A stretch of 64,000 nucleotides of DNA from Candidatus Thorarchaeota archaeon (GCA_020348985.1 CP070761.1:1866246-1930245); one strand, 5' to 3'. Counted from the first letter of the stretch, positions 9,472 through 19,317 are shown. Notes: generated by a model from the sequence alone, not told the origin. Program-made: numbers and translations.

Positions 9472-10212
9472 CTAACTCAGTGATACTAGGGCGTCCAATG
9501 CAACCTTGATTAGATTGTCTAGAGGAGGCTTTCCTACTATCTTTACTTCCTTCTCTATAGGTTCCCCGACAATGATACATACCGTTCCTACTCTAACCTC
9601 CCTCATTTGACCGATAACAAATAGGGCAGCTGACTCCATCTCCGTCGCGAGCACTTTGGCACTACGAAATTGATCCCATCTTTTTCGCGTCCCTTTCGGG
9701 TCTGCAACAAAATCCGGGTGCTCGCTATAGAAAGCATCCTTACTGTGCCCAATTCCCATGTGATGGCTGATTCCTCTCTTCATTGCGGCCTCAACGAGTG
9801 CATGAACAACTACTGGATCTGCAACAGCAGGATACTCGATTGGAACGTATTGCCTCGATGTCCCATCCTCTCTTACAGCCCCTATCATTATGACAAGATC
9901 TCCGGCTCGTAGACTGGAATCAATCGCACCAGACGTGCCAACGCGGATGAATGTTTTGCAACCAACTCTGATCAGCTCTTCTATAGCAATTGCTGCTGAG
10001 GGACATCCAATTCCTGTAGAACAGACTGCTACAGGTGTTCCCTCATATTTGCCCTTGAAGCTCCAAAATTCACGTTTCCGAGCAATTTCTTCTGGCTCGT
10101 CAAAGAAATCACTCGCAATTATTCTCGACCTATCTGGGTCCCCCGGCAACAAGACTAAGGGAGGAATCTCCCCCTTCGCGATCCCAATGTGATATTCCTT
10201 CTCGTTATTCAT
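9472..10212 (-). CDS. udp: Uridine/nucleoside phosphorylase (NP-I family)
   Basis: LLPGDPDR, STGIGCPS, IRVGTSG, EMESAAL. Confidence 0.88.
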   Translation of the reverse strand: MNNEKEYHIGIAKGEIPPLVLLPGDPDRSRIIASDFFDEPEEIARKREFWSFKGKYEGTPVAVCSTGIGCPSAAIAIEELIRVGCKTFIRVGTSGAIDSSLRAGDLVIMIGAVREDGTSRQYVPIEYPAVADPVVVHALVEAAMKRGISHHMGIGHSKDAFYSEHPDFVADPKGTRKRWDQFRSAKVLATEMESAALFVIGQMREVRVGTVCIIVGEPIEKEVKIVGKPPLDNLIKVALDALVSLS

Positions 10213-10342
10213 TCGTGACTAACCAGCGACTGTCCAAGACATCCTGATATTAAACCATTCGAAGGATAAAAGGCGGACTTGCTGCTCAAAGTCTGAGGGG
10301 ATAACGGCAGGCTTAAAAGAAATCCGAAGAGGGCCACACAAA

Positions 10343-10579
10343 GTGACGACAATGAGTGAGGATATTTCAGACCTCGACCGTCAAATCTTGGTTGTCATTG
10401 CAAAAGACAGCCACAGGCCCTCAGCAATCACCCGTATTCTGAAGACCCGGAGAGTTGAATGCACCCATAATGAGGTTGTCGCCGCATTGAATGCTCTTGA
10501 ACGAGATGGACTTGTAGAACGGTTCACTTCAAAGGCTTGGATTGCTACCCCAAGGGCGGAATCCTATATCGAGGAGTGA
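10343..10579 (+). CDS. Small winged-helix protein
   Basis: LDRQILVVI...VVAALNALERDGLVE...W pattern. Confidence 0.65.
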   Translation: MTTMSEDISDLDRQILVVIAKDSHRPSAITRILKTRRVECTHNEVVAALNALERDGLVERFTSKAWIATPRAESYIEE

Positions 10580-10621
10580 ATCTGAAGACCGCCGTGCCCT
10601 CACACATCATCTATGAGATTG

Positions 10622-12217
10622 CTACACACTTTCAGCGTATTCGGTCCATTTTCCCTCCAGTCTTTCCTTCACACCTTCTCCCAATAGCTGTCTAGACATC
10701 AGATCATTGAGGCCGGCCCTGAACTGATCAGCTGCATCGCCACTACGAAGCAGATTCTGGTCCGAGCTCGCATGCTCGAAGGCGTTCCTGAAAGAGACAC
10801 TGCTCTTCTTGAGACCATCAACTGCAGTCAAGATGTACTCGTCGAAATTTGAGGCAACTGGTCTGTGTCTGACAGGCAGCGTGAATCTATCCTCGGGAAT
10901 GATTCCTGATGTGAATATCTTTGTGTCCCCATCACCGTACATCACTGCAAAAGTCTCAATGTCCAACATGGTCAAGGGTGCCAAGTTGTTGATTGAGTTG
11001 TTATCCAAGGTAAAGTAGAGTATCTGGTTCAGCTCTTCTTGGAGTGTACGACTTCGTTTCTCTATCTCTGACATCACCTTTGTCACTGAGTTCTCGACCT
11101 TCTCCCTCAAAGATTCTAGCTCGAGTTCTGCTTGGTCCTTTTCCATTCTGAACTCTACTAGTCTATGTCGACGTTCCCGTATCTGAGAATCGATTGACCT
11201 CGAGAGTTCTTTGCTCTTATCAGACATCTCATTGTCAATTTCGAGAACTCTCTTCATTGTCGAATCAGCTTTGGCAGTTATGGATTCAACACTCCTCTCA
11301 TACTCTGGCAGTTGCTCACGAAGCTTTCCGACCAACTCCTGGAATTTCCGAATTGCCGCTTCTACGTCATCCCCTTTCTGTGCAATATCCGTTCTGCTGT
11401 CTTGAATCATTGCTATCAGTTGAGCAAAGAAAGCCTCAAGGTCTCCAACTGATCTGGCAAACTCTGCAGTCAATGCACGTAGCTCGAGTTTGTACTTCCC
11501 GTGAAGATCGTACTGAGCGTCTCTCTTCTTCTCAGCTAGCTCGCGTGTCTCAAGCTCTTCAATATCCTCTTGCATTCTAAGTCGTCTGATCCATCGATCG
11601 CTTTCGGATGATGTGACTGTGCCTAGAGCTCCCAACTTGCCCTTGAGCTGCTCCTTGACAATCTCAAGGAGTTCATCCATTTTGGAGATTCTCGTTCTTG
11701 CACCTGCTACCAGACTCTGGAATTCTTCACTAATGGCCAAAGTTTCTTGCGAGTCAATAGATAGCTCCAGTCTGTTTGGAAACGTTGCGGGCTCCAGTTC
11801 GACTACGTGTTTCCCCATACTCACAATGACAGCGGGATCAATCAGATTCTTGACATAAGATACGGTCTTCTCTACGTTTCCAATCATTGGGAGTGCTTTC
11901 TCTACGGCGTGAGGAATGTCGCGTGCTTCCGGAGTCTCTGTGCTGAGGATTTTCGTTGCAGTAGATAGAGCTGTATTCTCTGTTGCCTCGAGAGATCTTG
12001 TTGAATCTCCACTGGCAAATAGAAGAATGGATTCTGATTCCGAGACCTGGACAACCCAATATGGAATCGAAACGAAACTAACGCTCTTTATGCTTCTACC
12101 CGTGCCTGCTGACTCTGCAGCAGCAAATCCCATCGCGAGACTTGTGTGATAGGGCTCAGGTTCAAGTCCAGAGCTCGTCTTGTTGTACAGAAACTTCAAT
12201 GCAAGTTGGCGAACCAT
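10622..12217 (-). CDS. Hypothetical long coiled-coil protein, probable paralogue of the N-terminal part of 48074..50386
   Basis: Beta-rich N-terminus (SIPYWVV), about 300-aa heptad region, C-terminal domain with NLL. ATG at 12217 after AGGTGG. Confidence 0.7.
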   Translation of the reverse strand: MVRQLALKFLYNKTSSGLEPEPYHTSLAMGFAAAESAGTGRSIKSVSFVSIPYWVVQVSESESILLFASGDSTRSLEATENTALSTATKILSTETPEARDIPHAVEKALPMIGNVEKTVSYVKNLIDPAVIVSMGKHVVELEPATFPNRLELSIDSQETLAISEEFQSLVAGARTRISKMDELLEIVKEQLKGKLGALGTVTSSESDRWIRRLRMQEDIEELETRELAEKKRDAQYDLHGKYKLELRALTAEFARSVGDLEAFFAQLIAMIQDSRTDIAQKGDDVEAAIRKFQELVGKLREQLPEYERSVESITAKADSTMKRVLEIDNEMSDKSKELSRSIDSQIRERRHRLVEFRMEKDQAELELESLREKVENSVTKVMSEIEKRSRTLQEELNQILYFTLDNNSINNLAPLTMLDIETFAVMYGDGDTKIFTSGIIPEDRFTLPVRHRPVASNFDEYILTAVDGLKKSSVSFRNAFEHASSDQNLLRSGDAADQFRAGLNDLMSRQLLGEGVKERLEGKWTEYAESV

Positions 12218-12293
12218 GTGAACCACCTGTAGTTTGACTCGCTGCAGGTACATTCGACAGTTCTGCGTATTAAGTGGATTGCAGGACTTGATT

Positions 12294-13292
12294 CTACACG
12301 CTATTCTCGAGAGCCTTGACAAGTGAGTCGACAATGTCACACGTAAGTTCGGGATTCTCAACACAGAATACACTCGAGAAGACAGTATTTGTGGTCACAA
12401 TCATTCCTTCGCTTCTCTCAATCAAATACTCCAGCAACTCTTCGCCTCTATCAATAAGAGATAACACATGCACAACCGCCATGCCAACATTGGCTGCTCC
12501 CTGTTGAAACAGACGCTCACCGGCTTTGAGCAATGTTTCTCCACTTTTTGTAAGGTCATCGATGATTATGACATCTTTATCCTTGACCTCTAAGTCACCC
12601 GATAGTTCTACTGCGTACGAACTAAGTCGCGTCTTCCCGAATCCCCGACATGCAAACCTCTCCTGACCCCCCTCGTCTGGGGTCACAACGACATAGTCGG
12701 TAAAGCCAAACTTCTTGGCTCCAAACTCAATGAGGTCACCAGTTACATCAATCGAGTCAAGCTTTCCGCTCTCTACCAACTGCTTGATCCAGTCGAGGCT
12801 TGCGGGAGCATGCGGGTTTACGATCCAAATCCTGTCAGATACTTCTGCAATCGCTTCTAGCGCCCATCTTGCTGAGACCGCCTCACCCGTAAGGAACGCT
12901 TTGTCCTGGAGGGCGAATGGCTGGAATGTGAGAATGACATCTATTCGTGAGGGGGGTTCAATCTCTGCGCATTCGTACTCCTTGTGACTCACCTCCCTCA
13001 CAATCACTGGACGTCTCAGCATATCCAATAGGAGCAATAGCTCGACCACTCGATCCGAAGTTGTGTAAAACTCCTTCTCTGTCGGGCCAGACCCGGTGCA
13101 GCTCTGAATCACAACAACCCTTCGACCAGAGAGCTCATCTACGTCCGAGACACGAACGTACATGTCTGCATTTGGGAACATGCGTTTTCCGTCGTAGTTC
13201 ATCTCTGAAACATAGACCCGATATCCCAACTCTTCGAAGCGTTCTTCCAGCTGCTCTGACCCGCTGGCTAGAATGACGTCATATTCCTTCAT
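12294..13292 (-). CDS. Divergent ribose-phosphate pyrophosphokinase-like phosphoribosyltransferase
   Basis: FPNADMYVRV, VVVIQS, QDKAFLTGEAVS, VVTPDEG, PRPP-binding VIIIDDLTKSGETL. Confidence 0.75.
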   Translation of the reverse strand: MKEYDVILASGSEQLEERFEELGYRVYVSEMNYDGKRMFPNADMYVRVSDVDELSGRRVVVIQSCTGSGPTEKEFYTTSDRVVELLLLLDMLRRPVIVREVSHKEYECAEIEPPSRIDVILTFQPFALQDKAFLTGEAVSARWALEAIAEVSDRIWIVNPHAPASLDWIKQLVESGKLDSIDVTGDLIEFGAKKFGFTDYVVVTPDEGGQERFACRGFGKTRLSSYAVELSGDLEVKDKDVIIIDDLTKSGETLLKAGERLFQQGAANVGMAVVHVLSLIDRGEELLEYLIERSEGMIVTTNTVFSSVFCVENPELTCDIVDSLVKALENSV

Positions 13293-13390
13293 AAGGACCC
13301 CCACGCAACTTCAATGCGTACCTGGTGCGTCACAGGGTCGCAGGGAAATTTCGCTTGCTTAAATACAATGCGACCCGGACATTGATGTTT

Positions 13391-13948
13391 TCACCTTATA
13401 TCGGGTTCCTGTTGGCCCACATAACGGCTCGATTCTCTCTTATCATAGCTGACTCGAGCAGGACCAGTAAGAGGCATGAACATAATCTGGACAATCTGCA
13501 TTCCCGGATAGAGAAAGACAGGATTAACATTCATGCAATAGACTTCTAGAGTCAGTTTGCCGGGTTTCACTGTTCCTGTTCCTGGATTGACCAATCCTGC
13601 TGCATGAACGATGATTCCTAGTCTGGCTACGCTCGACTTCCCCTCAAGAATCCCTGCAAGGTCAGAGGAAACTGAGAGATTCTCAATTGTCTGACCCAGT
13701 ATGAACTGACCCGGACGAATCTCAAATGGCGCTCCTCCGGTATCCACAATCCTAGTGCTCTGGTCCAAAGCGCCTTTGGATCGAAAGTCGACTGTGGGCC
13801 CGGAATCATAAACACGAAAAACTGAGTCGAGCCGAAGATCCACACTACAAGGTCCGACAAGATCAGAGTCGTAGGGATCGATGAATATCCTTCCTTCATC
13901 AATTGCCTTCAGAATCTCATTATCCGACAGAATCATTGAGTTTGTCAA
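13391..13948 (-). CDS. dcd: dCTP deaminase
   Basis: ILSDNEI, PCSVDLRL, EGKSSVARLG, LTLE, YPGMQIVQ. Confidence 0.9.
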   Translation of the reverse strand: MTNSMILSDNEILKAIDEGRIFIDPYDSDLVGPCSVDLRLDSVFRVYDSGPTVDFRSKGALDQSTRIVDTGGAPFEIRPGQFILGQTIENLSVSSDLAGILEGKSSVARLGIIVHAAGLVNPGTGTVKPGKLTLEVYCMNVNPVFLYPGMQIVQIMFMPLTGPARVSYDKRESSRYVGQQEPDIR

Positions 13949-14026
13949 CCATCTGCTTTTTGGGTCTTTATCTTAGACGACAGACTCAAATGACCTTTGC
14001 CCTTCTATTAGTTGCCACCATAGGAT

Positions 14027-14746
14027 TTGATGGTTCCTTTGAGTCTAACCGCTCGTGACTTGCTACAGAAGATTGCCAAAGACACAGGTGTATCCTACCA
14101 AGCCATTGCCCAGGATGTCAACGAGGGAATGAAGCAAGGGATTCCACTCGAGCGGTGCGTGCAGAGAGTTGTGGAAGAGAACGGCCTTGATTCTGATGAG
14201 TACAGGTTGAGTCCAACGAAGATTGCGGCAGAAGCAAGACGGATTCTGCGAGAGGACTACACACAGACTCTGATGATTTCGGCGGTTCTTGGTCAGTTGG
14301 TGGAGGCGGACGGAACTGAGAGATTTCCAGTCCCCGCATTCTTTGCTTTTCTTGAGCTTCTGTCAGGTCTAGAGGATGCACCACGAGATATAAAGTCCGA
14401 AGCGTCTACCGAGATCGAGGAACTCACCACAAGAATGATCGAACTCACAACAACTCTGGTTTCTCTAATCTGCAGATGGTCCGAGGGGGGCATTGACGGA
14501 GTGGCCGAAAGCTGCCCAACTTCACTTAGAGAGATTGCCAAGACCGTCTACAGGAAAACAAAGATGCTGCAATCCGGGCTTTGGACATGTATCTCATGCG
14601 GCAAGGTTGTAGAAGCAAAGGACACACATGCTTTGATGTGCTCGGAATGCGATGATGGTATTTCCGAGGGTCGGCCTCTTCGTACAAGGCGACCGATAGG
14701 CACTCGGGACAGAAGTGGCTATGGGCAGACTTCAGAAAGCGAATAA
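14027..14746 (+). CDS. Hypothetical helical protein with C-terminal Zn ribbon
   Basis: CISCG...CSEC in a 239-aa ORF. Confidence 0.6.
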   Translation: MMVPLSLTARDLLQKIAKDTGVSYQAIAQDVNEGMKQGIPLERCVQRVVEENGLDSDEYRLSPTKIAAEARRILREDYTQTLMISAVLGQLVEADGTERFPVPAFFAFLELLSGLEDAPRDIKSEASTEIEELTTRMIELTTTLVSLICRWSEGGIDGVAESCPTSLREIAKTVYRKTKMLQSGLWTCISCGKVVEAKDTHALMCSECDDGISEGRPLRTRRPIGTRDRSGYGQTSESE

Positions 14747-14769
14747 CTGTGCAGTCCGACAAAGAGACA

Positions 14770-15411
14770 CTAGCCCTTGAGCCTCAGATCAAGCCCCTTG
14801 TTCAGAAGAATTCGAGACCGTTCAACCTCGTCAAAACTGATTGCGATGTCTCCAATTTGATACAGAATCTCTCTGTCCAAGGCTGCTTCAAGGAACAGGA
14901 CTACCGGGTCAAGATCTGCAGGTGGTCCAAGACTAAGCAACGGGGCTGTTAGTCCATCATAATAGTCGGACTGACCAAGAGGAATATCCATTCTCTCTAG
15001 AAGCCTACCACCCTTCTTTGAGAGGACTTGGCCACATGTTCTGCCATCATAGGTCATCATCGCAATGACAAACCTTGACGGGACGTTCCCTCTAATGTAG
15101 AAAAGCATGTCAGTTACCCATTCGTAGTCTTTGATGAGCACGTCGCCAAAGATTAGCATAAGTTCATCATTGATCATTCCGTGAACGGGAACAACAGGTG
15201 GCTTCACAGTGACCGGATACCGATTCCAAGTTGAAAATGATGGTGAGTTGAAAATCAGGACTGTCTCGAAGTGAACCTCTTCGTAGAGCTGTCTACACAA
15301 GGCTTGGCCAAGAGGATTCAACCCTAGGATGATTGATAAGGGGTCTTCCAACTTCCGCTTGGAAAAGACCTCCAAGATAGGGCTGAGCCATTCCTGCTCG
15401 AATGTAGGCAT
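14770..15411 (-). CDS. Hypothetical protein, possibly PAC2/proteasome-assembly-chaperone-like fold
   Basis: 213-aa ORF. IILGLNPLG and DGLTAPLL weakly resemble the PAC2 family. Confidence 0.45.
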   Translation of the reverse strand: MPTFEQEWLSPILEVFSKRKLEDPLSIILGLNPLGQALCRQLYEEVHFETVLIFNSPSFSTWNRYPVTVKPPVVPVHGMINDELMLIFGDVLIKDYEWVTDMLFYIRGNVPSRFVIAMMTYDGRTCGQVLSKKGGRLLERMDIPLGQSDYYDGLTAPLLSLGPPADLDPVVLFLEAALDREILYQIGDIAISFDEVERSRILLNKGLDLRLKG

Positions 15412-15598
15412 CCTACTTCAACTCCTCAAAATCCTCACGTTACTGTCTAATGGATTTTAGGTTCAATCCAATCGCTGAAAGGGTTTGTGTGTCTCAAGTA
15501 CTCGTAGCGTCGAGAACCAATATTCTTGTCAGGCATCTGGAATGTATTCAGAATCCGCTCTCTCTTCTAGATCGGTATCTTGGATTGGAGACAAAGAC

Positions 15599-16534
15599 CT
15601 ACTCCCAGTATGGCTTCCGGATGTATTTGTAGGCATTGTGCGCTGCGAGGGCTCCTTGGGCGGCGGCTACCGTGGCCAATTGATAAACTGAGACGATGTC
15701 GCCTGCCGCATAAACTCCTTCGACATCCGTCCGCATCTGGTCGTCTGCCTTTATGAACTTCCCATTCATTGTAACACCTAAGTCTGCAAAGACTTCCGTA
15801 TTTGGAACAAGACCTACCGCGATGACAACCCTATCAACATCAAGAATCCATTCGTCTCCGGTTTCGCTGTTTCGAAGCTTGACCTGAGTGACTTCCGTCT
15901 CGCCTGTAATCTCAAGCAGCTCAGTATTGTACAGGATTTCTGCCATGTTCTCATTGACAACTTTGGCCACAGTGCTTTCAGCTGCTCTGAACTCGCTTCT
16001 TCTGTGAGCTAGCCACAGTTGGCCTGTGACTTTGTGGGCATCCACAACCGCGTCCAACGCCGTGTCTCCTCCACCCACGACGAGGACTCGCTTGTCACGA
16101 AAGAGTGCTGGCTCGGTTATGTACGGAAACACTCCTCTGTCTTTCCGGGAGAATTTGTCTTCTCCGGGAATCCCCAACAGAGTGGGTTTCATACCAGTAG
16201 CGATTATGACAACCCCAGCTTGGTATGTCGCCTCGGTTGTCTCGACAAACTTCTGCCTAGTAATCTTGATGACTCTTTCAGGTATCAAATAGGCTCCCTG
16301 ATCGGCAGCTTGGTGAACCCATTCAGCTACCAGATGTGATGCTAGGATCTTTGGCACGCCTGGATAATTGTACACCTGCTTGAAGGGGTAGATCGTCGAC
16401 AAAAGACCACCCCAACTTCCGCCTTCAAAGATGGCCGTTCTCAGCCCTTTGTAGGCAGATATGATTCCGGCTGACAGACCAGCGGGACCCCCGCCAACTA
16501 TAGCTACATCGAATTGATCTTTAATTCTTGTCAG
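15599..16534 (-). CDS. Thioredoxin-reductase-type ferredoxin-NADP+ reductase (YumC-like)
   Basis: FAD motif IVGGGPAG lies upstream of the ORF-track start. Also GGLLSTIYP, VVGGGDTA, HRR and GVYAAGD. No CxxC. The frame opens at CTG 16534 after an in-frame TAG. Confidence 0.8.
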   Translation of the reverse strand: MTRIKDQFDVAIVGGGPAGLSAGIISAYKGLRTAIFEGGSWGGLLSTIYPFKQVYNYPGVPKILASHLVAEWVHQAADQGAYLIPERVIKITRQKFVETTEATYQAGVVIIATGMKPTLLGIPGEDKFSRKDRGVFPYITEPALFRDKRVLVVGGGDTALDAVVDAHKVTGQLWLAHRRSEFRAAESTVAKVVNENMAEILYNTELLEITGETEVTQVKLRNSETGDEWILDVDRVVIAVGLVPNTEVFADLGVTMNGKFIKADDQMRTDVEGVYAAGDIVSVYQLATVAAAQGALAAHNAYKYIRKPYWE

Positions 16535-16715
16535 ATTCTACACCGAATGATGATATCCCTAAACAAGAATATGTGTATTGAGTTATGGCGGCAACCAACC
16601 TTGTGACATAACTCTCGGAATCCCACCTAAAATGGAAGATGCCGCTTCTCCGATTGATTTATGTGGAGGCTCCTTCGCGGACGCGAACATCTGACTAAAT
16701 GGTGTGTGAGTACAG

Positions 16716-18062
16716 TTGGACAGTTACAGTGAAAGTGTTTACAACAAGGTGGTAGAGAAAGACCCCGGTCAGAAAGTCTTTCATCAGGCTGTCTTGGAGG
16801 TTTTGGAGACTCTGGAGCCGGCAATCCAGAAATTCCCCAAATACAAAGAGAATGCTATCCTTGAGAGAATCGTTGAACCAGAACGAATCATTCAGTTTCG
16901 GGTTCCTTGGCTTGGCAAAGATGGGAAAATCCAGGTGAACCGAGGCTATAGGGTGCAGTTCAATTCTGCAATTGGGCCTTACAAGGGCGGCCTCCGTTTC
17001 CATCCTACGGTCACGCAAGGTATGCTGAAGTTCCTTGGCTTCGAACAGATCTTCAAGAACAGCTTGACAGGTCTTCCGATGGGTGGAGGAAAAGGTGGTT
17101 CGGACTTCGATCCAAAGGGCAAGACTGACGCTGAGGTTGAGAGTTTCTGTCACAACTTCATGCTAGAGCTATACAGACACATAGGCCAGTTTATCGACAT
17201 TCCTGCTGGAGACATCGGCGTTGGAGGACGTGAGATCGGTTATCTTTACGGCGCCTTCAGGAAGCTGACGAATGATCATGGGACATGCGTCCTGACTGGT
17301 AAGGGTCCTCTTTACGGTGGATCACTAGTTCGCCCTGAAGCAACTGGTTATGGAACTGTCTACTTTGTCGAGGAAATGCTCAAGACCCAGAAGCAGGACA
17401 TGAAAGGGAAGACCGTCTGTGTATCTGGATCTGGAAACGTCGCGCAATTCGCGACGGAGAAATGTATAGACCTTGGTGCCAACGTCATCGCTCTGAGTGA
17501 CTCGAGCGGATGGATCCATGATCCTGACGGAATCGACAGGGAGAAACTCGCCTGGATAAAGGAACTTAAGAATGTACGAAGGGGCAGAATCAAGGAGTAT
17601 GCTGAGCACTTCAATGTCTCCTATTCTTCAGATGGTAGCCCATGGAGCTTGAAGTGTGATGTTGCATTGCCGTGCGCCACACAGAACGAAGTCGATGGTG
17701 CAGAAGCAAAGGCCCTCGTTGACAACGATGTTCTAGCTGTTGGTGAAGGTGCCAACATGCCCTGTGTGCCAGAGGCAATAGAGATCTTCCTAGAAAGCAA
17801 GATTCTTTACGGTCCTGGAAAGGCTGCCAATGCTGGTGGCGTCTCAGTCTCTGGTCTTGAGATGGCTCAGAATAGCATGCGCTACTTCTGGACTCGTGAA
17901 GAAGTCGACAACAGGCTGCATGAGATTATGCGCAACATTCACGCTAGCGCCTACAAGACATCCGAGATGTTTGGTGACAAAGGCAACTATGTCCTCGGAG
18001 CGAACATTGCCGGCTTCCTCAAAGTCGCCGATGCAATGATTGAGCAGGGATACACAGCGTAG
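16716..18062 (+). CDS. gdhA: NADP-specific glutamate dehydrogenase
   Basis: GPYKGGLRFHP, MGGGKGG, PAGDIGVG, RPEATGYG, GSGNV, EGANMP, KAANAGGV. Confidence 0.97.
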   Translation: MDSYSESVYNKVVEKDPGQKVFHQAVLEVLETLEPAIQKFPKYKENAILERIVEPERIIQFRVPWLGKDGKIQVNRGYRVQFNSAIGPYKGGLRFHPTVTQGMLKFLGFEQIFKNSLTGLPMGGGKGGSDFDPKGKTDAEVESFCHNFMLELYRHIGQFIDIPAGDIGVGGREIGYLYGAFRKLTNDHGTCVLTGKGPLYGGSLVRPEATGYGTVYFVEEMLKTQKQDMKGKTVCVSGSGNVAQFATEKCIDLGANVIALSDSSGWIHDPDGIDREKLAWIKELKNVRRGRIKEYAEHFNVSYSSDGSPWSLKCDVALPCATQNEVDGAEAKALVDNDVLAVGEGANMPCVPEAIEIFLESKILYGPGKAANAGGVSVSGLEMAQNSMRYFWTREEVDNRLHEIMRNIHASAYKTSEMFGDKGNYVLGANIAGFLKVADAMIEQGYTA

Positions 18063-18071
18063 CCGACTGCT

Positions 18072-18096
18072 GCAGAGTCCTCATTGAGGGCTCTGC
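18072..18096 (+). terminator. Hairpin downstream of gdhA
   Basis: GCAGAGTCCTC-ATT-GAGGGCTCTGC between convergent genes. Confidence 0.55.
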
Positions 18097-18163
18097 CTTC
18101 AATCTTTCACGTTATGAATGTCTAGCAGATTGATTGCCGACTTACTCAGGCAGTTCGCCAAAA

Positions 18164-18766
18164 TCAGCCTCTGATGATTTCCAATAGCTCACCAAGACGC
18201 CTCTTTATGTCGGTCTCGAGTGTTCGAAGCTCTGCCAGCTGGCCTATCTGAACTACTCTATCTCTTCTATAGTCATCATCAGATATGGCTTCCTGCCTTC
18301 GCTCTAGCTCGAGCCTGTCCATCTCATCGTTGATCTCTCGACGCCTGTCAGTGACCATGTCAAACCCTTGCTTGAGAGACATCCACTCTATCATGGCATT
18401 GCTCTTCTCTTGCTCTATTCTCTCTCTGCGCAGCCGCTCTTCTTCCATCTCTTTTAGGCGCTTGTTGGCTGCTCGAATCTGTCGCTGAATCTCGTAAAGT
18501 CTTGCTTCCACCTCGCGTTTGACCTGAACTATCTCAGTGGATGTTCTCCACCTCTCCCTATAGAGTTCGATGTGCTCAGCTTCTGTGATCTTGTTCTCCT
18601 CGAGCTGCTTGTCCAAATCTGTGAGTTCTTGTTGAACTTCTCTTAGCTTGATCTTGACCTCATCATAGGATTTTCTGAGTGCAACCCATTCGACGCTGAA
18701 TTGCGCAAGGATATCCCTTGGGTCCATATCATAGGGGTCGCCTAGGTGCCCACTGCCGTGACTCAT
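18164..18766 (-). CDS. Coiled-coil protein with internal duplication, CdvA-like coiled-coil character
   Basis: Two ~95-aa repeats, starting VEWVALRKSY and IEWMSLKQGF. Confidence 0.65.
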   Translation of the reverse strand: MSHGSGHLGDPYDMDPRDILAQFSVEWVALRKSYDEVKIKLREVQQELTDLDKQLEENKITEAEHIELYRERWRTSTEIVQVKREVEARLYEIQRQIRAANKRLKEMEEERLRRERIEQEKSNAMIEWMSLKQGFDMVTDRRREINDEMDRLELERRQEAISDDDYRRDRVVQIGQLAELRTLETDIKRRLGELLEIIRG

Positions 18767-18903
18767 CAGCGCATCCTCCCTTCTGCTAGCATGAAAGTGG
18801 CTTAAGGGATTTTCTAAGACACCCAGATAGGTTCCAGGCTTGTGATAAGGTGCCTATGCGTTGCGCCCATTCTCTCCTAGCGTAGGGGCAATCTGCCCTT
18901 GTC

Positions 18904-19317
18904 TCAGGAATCGTGTGTGCCTCTCTCCGCGTCTGACTCTGGCGGTGCTTCGCGGTCAAGTGAATCCCAAGCAGGTGGTGGTTCTAGAGTATCGTCGGGA
19001 GACCACGGTTCTTCTGATTCTACAGACGGTTCCTCTTCTTCTGACACGGACTCCTCCTCTTCCGAAGACTCCTCCTCAGATTCATCTTCCTCCTCGAGGT
19101 CGTCTACAATCCCTTCCAGTTCCTTGACGGTAGAGGTAATTGCCTTGAGCTTCCCGGTCTCAAGCTTCTCTAGAAGAGTGTAGAACATTCGCTCAACAAC
19201 GGTGGCTTTGCCTTTGGCCTCAAACTCTAGTTCGCCGAGCTCAAACTCGAGCTCTGTATAGTCGTCTCGCTTCTTGCGTTTCTTGCCTTTTTCCTCATCA
19301 TCGCCCATAGGCATCAA
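18904..19317 (-). CDS. Small hypothetical protein with acidic tail
   Basis: ORF with a short beta-hairpin/helix N-terminus and an E/D/S-rich C-terminus. Confidence 0.6.
   Translation of the reverse strand: MMPMGDDEEKGKKRKKRDDYTELEFELGELEFEAKGKATVVERMFYTLLEKLETGKLKAITSTVKELEGIVDDLEEEDESEEESSEEEESVSEEEEPSVESEEPWSPDDTLEPPPAWDSLDREAPPESDAERGTHDS

Noticed and set aside
15599-16534. Thioredoxin reductase trxB
   Set aside because: The redox-active CxxC is missing.
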